From Octopus sinensis (Eukaryota): 64,000 nucleotides of DNA. The stretch spans positions 147,002,001 through 147,066,000 of the forward strand of contig NC_042998.1 of the NCBI RefSeq assembly GCF_006345805.1, written 5' to 3'. Positions within the stretch are counted from its first letter, which is position 1. Every line of letters begins with the position of its first letter. This document shows, in pieces, positions 55,606-64,000 of the stretch. The notes below the pieces were generated by a model. The model saw only the letters and a program-made list of their open reading frames with translations, was not told the origin of the DNA and did no database searches. The position numbers and the translations under genes were made by a program.

Positions 55606-56536
55606 TTAATCATTGATCCGGTACTCCCACTTCTTTGTACGCAAGAAAACTTTCTTAAACTTACCCATTGAAATTTCCACGTAGCTAATTTAAATGACAT
55701 ATTCAATTCAAATAGTACTGCTTTCTTCATTCTCTCAAATCCCATACGAATAATTCTTTCTGGTGTAACCAACCATTCATTCCCCCTTTTTTAACTAATG
55801 CATGAGATTTAATTTTAATGTAATGTTTATTTATATTAATTAAAGATGACCTAATATTCTAGACTTGAGTACTGAGTTAGGGTATGAAGTTTTCGGTACA
55901 TTTATTCTATTCCATTCCCATTTCTTCCGAATTTTATCTCTTCATTAATATTTCCTTGTTTCTTTTTTTCTTCAATACTAGTATTCCTCCTTTTGCTGAC
56001 ACCTTTGAAATTTTCAATTTATCTCTTAAATTCCTTTCACACCACTAATATAAATGTAAACAATAAATTTGACAACCTCTTGATCTACTACAGCCGGTAG
56101 TACTAGCTATTTAGATCTACATCAAATGAAAGAAACTGCTATGTCTCTTATCTTCATTATCTATCAACTGAAATATGTCCACGATGCAGTAAAAACCTGC
56201 TGTTTAATTTATTTCCCTGATATTCTGAACTCTACTATCTCTCACTGTATTTATCGGAAATAACTCGAAATATACTTCAGTATTACTAATAAAATGTGGT
56301 TTGAAGAGATAGTAGTCGCGCCTTAACCGATCGTTGTATGGATTTAAATAATTTCTTATAAGTATAAACCAACATGTAAATTGATGAAATGCTTCCACTA
56401 ATTATTTATTGAGACGATCATAACCGACCAATGAAAATATGCTATAACATCGCCTTCATTCCTACATTTGCTCTTACCCCCTCTCTCTCTCCATTTATGT
56501 GGATATGTGTGTTGAAGCGTATATATATATATGTAT

Positions 56537-56618
<82 letters not shown>

Positions 56619-56979
56619 GTATACATACATGTATGTTTGTGTATATATATGCGCGTCTATGTGTTTGTATGTATGTATGTATGTATGTATGTATGTATGT
56701 ATGTATGTACTCGCTTTTATCCTTCGAAACGTAAAGTAGATGAAACCATAGCGACTGAAGAAGGGGTTTTTCTTTGTGTTAATTGTCCTGTACTCTATTT
56801 TTTTTTGTTGTTTTTAAAAAAATGTCCAGTTCTTTTGGTTTGTGTCTATGTTTTCGTTTCTCATTGTGTTCGACGTCCCTTTGGTGTCCTGTACTCATAT
56901 ATGCGTGTATATGTACATGTAGAGGTAGGTACGTACATATGTGTTTATATATATATATGCATATGTTTTATTTCATTTA

Positions 56980-57015
<36 letters not shown>

Positions 57016-57320
57016 ATCCAAACAAGAAAACACAAAAAAACACAACAACGCGAGGACGTGGAAAAAATATAGTATTATTGGACGCTGGGACAAGAACGCA
57101 AAACATTCAAATAGACGACACAAAAAACGGACGGGTCATTCGAAGCCTCTAATCTTCAGTCAAGAACCGGATCATCCTCGCAATTTCGGCTGATTAATCT
57201 TGAGATCGCTCCGATCCAGCCAGCCCCAAGGAAAAACTAAGCTACGAGCATTAGATTTCTTGGAAAAAGGATCGAATATATACGAAACAAGGACAGAAAA
57301 ACGGACGATGTCACACGAAT

Positions 57321-57660
57321 GGTGGTGACCCCCTTCGGTCAGACACTGACCATGGGTTTGCACCTAGAGAGTTACCCTCTGAGGTACAAGTCTGGGCAAG
57401 GTTGTTTTATGGAAGACCAGCAGTCGCCCATGTATACCGGCCTCCCCACTCCATGTCACCGATGTTGTCCAAGGGAAAGGCAAGGGCCGATACAGCTTGG
57501 CACCTGTGACGTCGCAACTCATTTCTACAGCTGAGTGAACTGGAGCAACGTGAAATAAAGTGTCTTGCTCAAGAACACAACACGCAGCCCGGTCCGGGAT
57601 TCGAGCCCACAACCTCACGATCGTAAGCTCGATGCTCTAACCACTGAGCCACGCGCCTTC
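57321..57660 (-). mobile_element. SINE family A, full length
   Basis: GAAGGCGCGTGGCTCAGTGGTTAGAGC head through the GACCGAAGGGGGTCACCACC tail. Confidence 0.9.
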
Positions 57661-57674
57661 ACTGGAGAAAGACG

Positions 57675-57746
57675 TTCCCATGCCGGGAATCGAACCCGGG
57701 CCGCCTGGGTGAAAGCCAGGAATCCTAACCACTAGACCACATGGGA
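57675..57746 (-). tRNA. trnE-TTC: tRNA-Glu (anticodon TTC); intact cloverleaf, probably a retroposed copy
   Basis: TCCCATG/CATGGGA acceptor stem, CCTGG-CTTTCAC-CCAGG anticodon arm, CCGGG-TTCGATT-CCCGG T arm; 72 nt, no CCA. Confidence 0.93.
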
Positions 57747-58499
57747 AACCACTAGACCACATGTCACACGAATATAAATACAAAAAACAATAATAATAAT
57801 AATAACAGGACAAAAACAGCGGGTGTCTTACGACTTTAGACAGTTCAACTTAGCTTAGCTGGCGTATTTGGAAAATAACGCCTTACGGCAGACGAAGAAA
57901 TCGATGTTGTCGTGGCGGTGCTCAGAAGCCGAAAGGCTTGTTGACCGGCGGTCACGTGAGAGGAGAAGAGAGAGAAAAAAGAGGGGCAAAGGAATCAAAG
58001 AGAGAGAGAGAAAAAGAGGGACAAAGGCACCAAAGAGGGGAGAAGAGAGAGAAAGAAGGAATTAAAGAGGGGGAAGAAAGAGAGCGTGCCAAGGATTGGC
58101 TTGACAACAGAAAGGCAGGGTCAATGAGGTGCAAAGTGAGAAAGACAGAGAAATGTGAGAGAGTGGGGGAAGAGGAGACCAAAGAATCAGAGGCGAGAAA
58201 AGAGAAAGACAGAGACTAGTGAAGTATAGAGAAAGCGTGTGTAGAAGTCGTACAGTAGTGGGATGCTTACATACATAGAAGAGAACAAGGTGTACGTTAC
58301 GCCGCAATAATATATGTATAAAAAAATATATATAAAAATACAAAATGGGACAAGAACGCGTGGTTGATATATATATGAATGTATGTATGGTTGTGTCTGT
58401 GTTCGTGTGTATATGCATATATGTATGTACGTATGTATATGGTTTAAAAACAGCCTTCATTTTCACCTTTCGAAACTTATTCATGATTACCTCGAAAGG

Positions 58500-61400
58500 C
58501 AGTGCTTGAAGTCACAGCAGCATCATAAATCTAAACACATCTAAGCATGTAGATTCTGAGTTCACAACCTGTATACTCATATATGAAGCAATCTTCACAA
58601 TGATTGCTTTGTTCTTCTGCTCTGTGACAATAATGTCAGGTCTTCTAGTCACACTGGATGGTCATGGCCCACAATATCTTATATTTTTCGTTTTCAGCGA
58701 TCCTTTCTGGTTTGGTGCTCATATCATTTCTCACATCTGCTCATGTCATACTTATGATAGAGCTTCTAGTGAACCCATCTAGCAATGTTGTCGTACCTTC
58801 TCTTGTTTTCTTTCTGTGCAAGCATCTTGCATTCGCTAATGATGTGGCTTGTTGTTTCACCTTTCTCCCCACGCAACCTACAAAGTGGGAAAGTCACAGA
58901 CTTGTCAATATTGAACTTGATATAGCTCGTTCTTAGTGCCTGTTCTTGAGCTGCGAAGATAAGTGCTTCAGTTTCAACTTTCAAGTCGCTTTTCCTAGTC
59001 CATTCTCAGATCTTTAGTTTTGTCAACCCTCTCGAACATTTTTCGCAAGAATTTACGCTACATTTTTTCTTCTTTCCATTTATTAAAATTCTCCCTTTTC
59101 CTTTGCTTCATCACTGCTTAGGATTTTTATCTTTCTTACTCATGCCATCAATCTCCCCTTTGAAGTCTTTATATACCATGCCAAATTATTTCCCTCAGAT
59201 TCCACATGCATTTCATTTCAGTCTCCGTTTATACTCTTTTGATACCAACTCTTTCATTTCTTTCTCTTTCATTTGGTCTTTTTCCAGGATGCCCAAGTAC
59301 TTATACTCGTTGTCATCCATTTCCTCCATAATTTGCCCCTCTGGTAGTATAATTCGTTCCATCTTATAACTCTACTTCGCTTCAGTAGTAGCACTCCACA
59401 CATTTATTTAATGCCAAATACCATTCCAATGTCCATGGTGAATGTATGAACTGCCTGAACAAGGGTATCAGTCTGTTCAAAGGATTGCTCTAAGAGTTTT
59501 CGGTCATCCATGAACAGCAGGTGGTTTATCTTAAACTTACGTCCTCCCTACTTGTAACCAACCTTTGCCCTTCTCATCACTAATGCAAGTGGAACCATAT
59601 ACCAAACATCAAAAGCTGCCTCCGTAGAATATTTCTCTCTTGATGTTCACAACTCCCAATGTCTGTCTACATGATGTCAGCTCAGTCTTCCAACTATCCA
59701 TACTGTTTACCAGAAACTATCTAACGTTAGTTGCAGTATGCCAATCATTTCCAAACATTCCATTATCATATTATCTGGCATTATGTCATAAGCTTGACTG
59801 TAATCGATCCAGGTCATGGCAAGGTTTGTGCGTCTCCTTTTACAATCTTTAAGGATTGCCTTACCAATCAATTGATCCTTAGTCTCTTTGCTCCTTCTCC
59901 TGCTACCATTCTGCTCTTCAGGCTGTGTCTACTCCAGATATTCATACATTGCCTCAGCAATGAAACCTGCCATAAGCTTGCACATAAGGGAAGAGATAGG
60001 TCTAAAGTTTTCAACTGCATTTCCTTTGCTGTGTTTCTCCAAATAGTAGATCGTTTTCCCAAAGATTAGCCATTCTGGCAACCTCTCTACTCCATTCAAA
60101 ATCTTATTCAGTTGCTCAGCAATTCTCCCACGAAGGGCTCTCAGATTTTTCAACCAGAACCCTTGTACCCTGTCTCTATATGGAGCTTTCTAATTTGGCA
60201 TCTTTCTACACTGGATAGTTACCATATCAGATGTTATCGCTACTTCTTCCAGGTGATTATCCCCAATATCCTTTTTTAATTTAGTTAACCACTCCATACT
60301 TCTATTGTGCTATTTTCCTACACTTCAGATATAACTCCAAAAATTCTTACTTTCATCCACATCATGGATTACATTCTTAACCATACCATTCAACTTCTGA
60401 TTTGGTTGGAAAAATACATTCTGTTTATAGTACGTGACCCGTTGTTCATTCCCCTTGATCTTTGCAGTTTTGGCAAGTAGTCTTTGTTTCAGCTTTTCAA
60501 CTACCAAATATTCTTCTTTCTTCTAGTATTGTACTTCTCTGCAAGTTGTTCAGTCTTACCCATTTTTCTTAATTCATCTCGTTTTGTCCTTTCTTGAATA
60601 TCTATATCTTTCTTAAGCATTTTGATGTCCCTATCAGTTCTCCTTTTCCACCAAGGTTCCTTGTAGTGCTGATGATATTGTTGTTTCGGCGATGGTTCTA
60701 GTTGGCACCTTGTCAAGGATTTTGTTTACTTTGTTAGTTATTTCTTATAGCTGACTTTGGTTTGCTTTAAACAAAAATTGATTACTGCCTCCTGATTTAT
60801 AGATCTCCTATATTAGTAATCATCCGTCCTGTCTTTATCCGATATGTCCTTTAGTTCATTGATGTTAATGTTACTTCCCTCATCCTCTCGAGTTTTCAGT
60901 TCCTCTTCTTCCTGCTGGATTCTACCCTATCCATACTCTCATCTCTATTTAGGTCTCCAACATCCTGAGCTTCCTCATCCCCTTGGCTTATCTTTCCCTT
61001 TATCATTTCCATCTCCATCTCAGATAGCCATCCGCCTTTGCATGATCACGAATCCTATGTTCACTTGATTCAAAGAGCCTTGTCTCGTGCCATACTCGTA
61101 GCATTTTGAGTCTATATCCTCTAACTGGCACACCATTTTCATTCACAGGCTTGGTTCTAAAATAACACTCTATTACCTCCTTACTCCGCTTCATTCTGGC
61201 AGTAGTATAATGACGTCATGGTCTGTGCCGCTCACCTACAGTACACTTGCCGGACGATGCAATTTCACTAGAAGCTCCATTATTCACGTCTTTGTATAGA
61301 TAATTACTTTGATTCATTTCACTCATTGGGACTAGTGGTTTAAAGGTTCCACCGTAACCGTTTTTTAATACACTGTCTCTTGAGTATAACGTATACGACT

Positions 61401-61657
61401 TTAAGGGGCCCTCAGACCATAAAATTGAACTGAACTATCCTGTGCAGATGCAGATATTACAAACATTTTGGATGGCCGTTGACTCTCCTACGTTCTTACG
61501 CCCTTTCATGGGTTTTGTGTTCATCTTGCAGGGTGTCCTCCTCGCAGGGTCTCCTCACCATGCAAGCTTGGTGGGGTTGCCGGTTTAGTCGCCGACGACT
61601 CGACCATGCGATAGGTTGTACTGGGTTACATGTTACCATTAGCGTTCAAGAGTGACC
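58500..61657 (-). mobile_element. R4/Dong-like non-LTR retrotransposon (RT + CCHC + RLE), decayed, 5' end present
   Basis: VIECYF..GYRLKMLRVW..SEHRIRDHAK N-terminus; NFRPISSL; INHLLFMDD; YKYLGIL; ETEALIFAAQEQAL; CRLRGEKGETTSHIISEC; RRPDII. Confidence 0.92.
61580..61657 (-). ncRNA. Candidate HDV-like ribozyme at LINE 5' end
   Basis: Order P1(ggtcac)-J1/2-P2(ccagt)-P3/L3-P1'(atggtc)-P4(tcg tcgg cga)-J4/2 CTAA-P2'(accgg). The copy at 52495-52568 is better paired. Confidence 0.55.
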
Positions 61658-62065
61658 AGACATTAATTAGTATTATCATTGAGTGAGAGAGCAACGCGTG
61701 CCATCAAAGTGACACTGTGGTACAAATATAAGAAGCCCAATATACCCATCATGACTACCCGTCTGATAAGGGTACAGCATCACCAACATATGTGCGCGAC
61801 ATAGTGATCTCATACCAAGATAAATAAATAATTCCTCTCAACACATGGCTATGATACTCCACCACTACTTCTGCTCGTGATGAGAGATGCACATATCGTC
61901 AGCCACTAAGGAACATGCTCAACTGGTTAAGGTCAAACAACTACCAATCAAATCTGAGATATTGAGCAGAATATTTGCTGTAGCCCATCTTTTATACCAA
62001 GATAAAACAATGTACATGATAACATTTCCAATCAGTTAAGATCAAAAGCCATGAAAACCACTACT

Positions 62066-62360
<295 letters not shown>

Positions 62361-63054
62361 GTGTGAGCTTGAAAATTTTAATGGAAGGTTATAATTTACA
62401 CCACTTTAAAATAGTAAGTCTGTATTTGGATCACGGATAGTTTCAAGCAGGGTGGAATCAAAAAAGGACTATGATTTCATTGTCATGAATAGTATTGAAA
62501 GTAGCAATCAGCGTGGTAGGGCCCACAACAGCTTCTAGCTCTACTTATGTCAATAATTCACATCTATACGTCAAACAGAAAAAGACAATATTCCTGCTCT
62601 TTATACAACTGATCTGTACCACCATATCTAGTAGCAGTCACATAATCTTACACCATCCCTTAGACGCGTACATATTGGATTGTTGCCGAGGGGTTATGAA
62701 TCATGTAACATGGCGGCTTGTGTGCTGTGACACAACTCGGCTGACTGCGATTTTAGATCTTAGAAGTTTTCCAGTTACGATTTTAATATTATTTATGGAC
62801 TGGAGTGTTACTCGTCATATGACAGGTAACCTTGTAAGTATATCCTTTTATAATCATTGCTAATATTAGGAAATATTGCATACTTACAATAATTATAATT
62901 TAACTTTTATCAAATTTCTTTGTGGTAAGCAATATTCATTTTCAAAAGAAAAAGTATTATTTATTACCTTAAAATAAAATTAAGTAAAGCATATTTCTCA
63001 TTTGTATATTTTGAATAAATACATGTCATTATTTTTCTAAATTATATCAACATA

Positions 63055-63240
63055 ATAGGCGCAGGCTTGGCTGTGTGGTAAGAAGCTTGCTTCCGAACCA
63101 CATTGTTCCGCGTTCAGTTCCATTGTGTAACATCCTAGGAACGTGCCTTCTGCTATAGACTCAGGCCGACCAAAGCCTTGCGAGTAGATTTAGTAGACGG
63201 AAACTGGAAGAATCCCGTTGTATCTCTTTCTCTGTTTACG

Positions 63241-63327
<87 letters not shown>

Positions 63328-63560
63328 GTACGTATATATATATCTATGTTTTTGTGCGTTCTTTGTGTCTTTCTTTTGTCCCCCACACACTGCTTACCAA
63401 CCGGTATTGGTGTGTTTACGTCCCGCAACCTATCGGTTCGGTAAAAGAGATCAGTCTTTAAAAAAAGTACTGAGGTCTATTTATTCGACTAAAAATTCTT
63501 CAAAGCGGTACCCCAGCATGGTCGCAGTCTAATGACTGAAGCAAGTAAAAGATAAAAAGA
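63055..63560 (+). mobile_element. SINE family B, complete
   Basis: AGGCGCAGGCTTGGCTGTGTGGTAAGAAG head, internal (TA)n, tail AATGACTGAAGCAAGTAAAAG. Confidence 0.9.
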
Positions 63561-64000
63561 TAATCATAATCTATTCCAATGAAAAACCTAGTGGACTAAC
63601 CAACCAACCAACCAACCAACCAACCAACCAAACAAACAAACAAACAACCAACATTTATATCGGTTATTTTTATATATAGGTAAGTACACACGGACGCACT
63701 CATTCAACCAGCTGCTATTCACATAAATTTAATTAATAGTCTGCTATTCAGAAATTTGATTAAACTCAGTTTCAGAACTATTTAGTATGATATTTTTTCA
63801 TTGGAATGTAAAAAGGCGGCAATTTTAGTTATTATGATAACTAAAACGACTTCTGTGATACAATTAACATACATAACTGCCTAACTGCTGAGCTGTTTTT
63901 CAACTAAATTTACTACAGACAAACCAATTTATTTTATTTGTCAACAACAGTGACATGGAATTTGTGTCTCTGGTATTGATGTTCGTATTTTCTCTTGGGC

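Larger units (their letters stand above)
57012..58360 (-). mobile_element. Composite PLE pLTR-derived region (host of the tRNA-SINE insertion)
   Basis: 57012-57086 is the reverse complement of the pLTR end at 16121-16198; direct repeat TGGGACAAGAACGC at 57086 and 58346. Confidence 0.55.

Noticed and set aside
56715-56770. Permuted (type II) hammerhead: CCTTC-GAAA-CG-TA...CTGAAGA-AGGGG
   Set aside because: Stem I cannot be convincingly paired in this copy; would need a family consensus.

Overview
Eukaryotic, AT-rich, microsatellite-saturated genomic DNA with no recognisable host protein-coding exon. The repeat landscape suggests an octopus/cephalopod genome (inference). Nearly all listed ORFs are microsatellite translation artefacts. 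The real content is a nested set of mobile elements: several Penelope-like elements (PLEs; RT plus C-terminal GIY-YIG) whose ends abut (TA)n tracts, a decayed R4/Dong-like RLE LINE, mariner and Tc1 remnants, two Helitrons and three tRNA-derived SINE families. There is also one perfectly folding tRNA-Glu(TTC). The main signal is a dense layer of candidate self-cleaving ribozymes, read by eye and not computationally validated. These are: minimal type-I hammerheads arranged as outward-facing pairs in ORF-less palindromes; a tRNA-promoter-headed element carrying a hammerhead; hammerhead core variants, including an apparent compensatory A3-U8 pair; and an HDV-like fold shared by the LINE 5' end and a short non-coding derivative. 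The tRNA-Glu appears to have been retroposed together with a SINE as one TSD-flanked unit.
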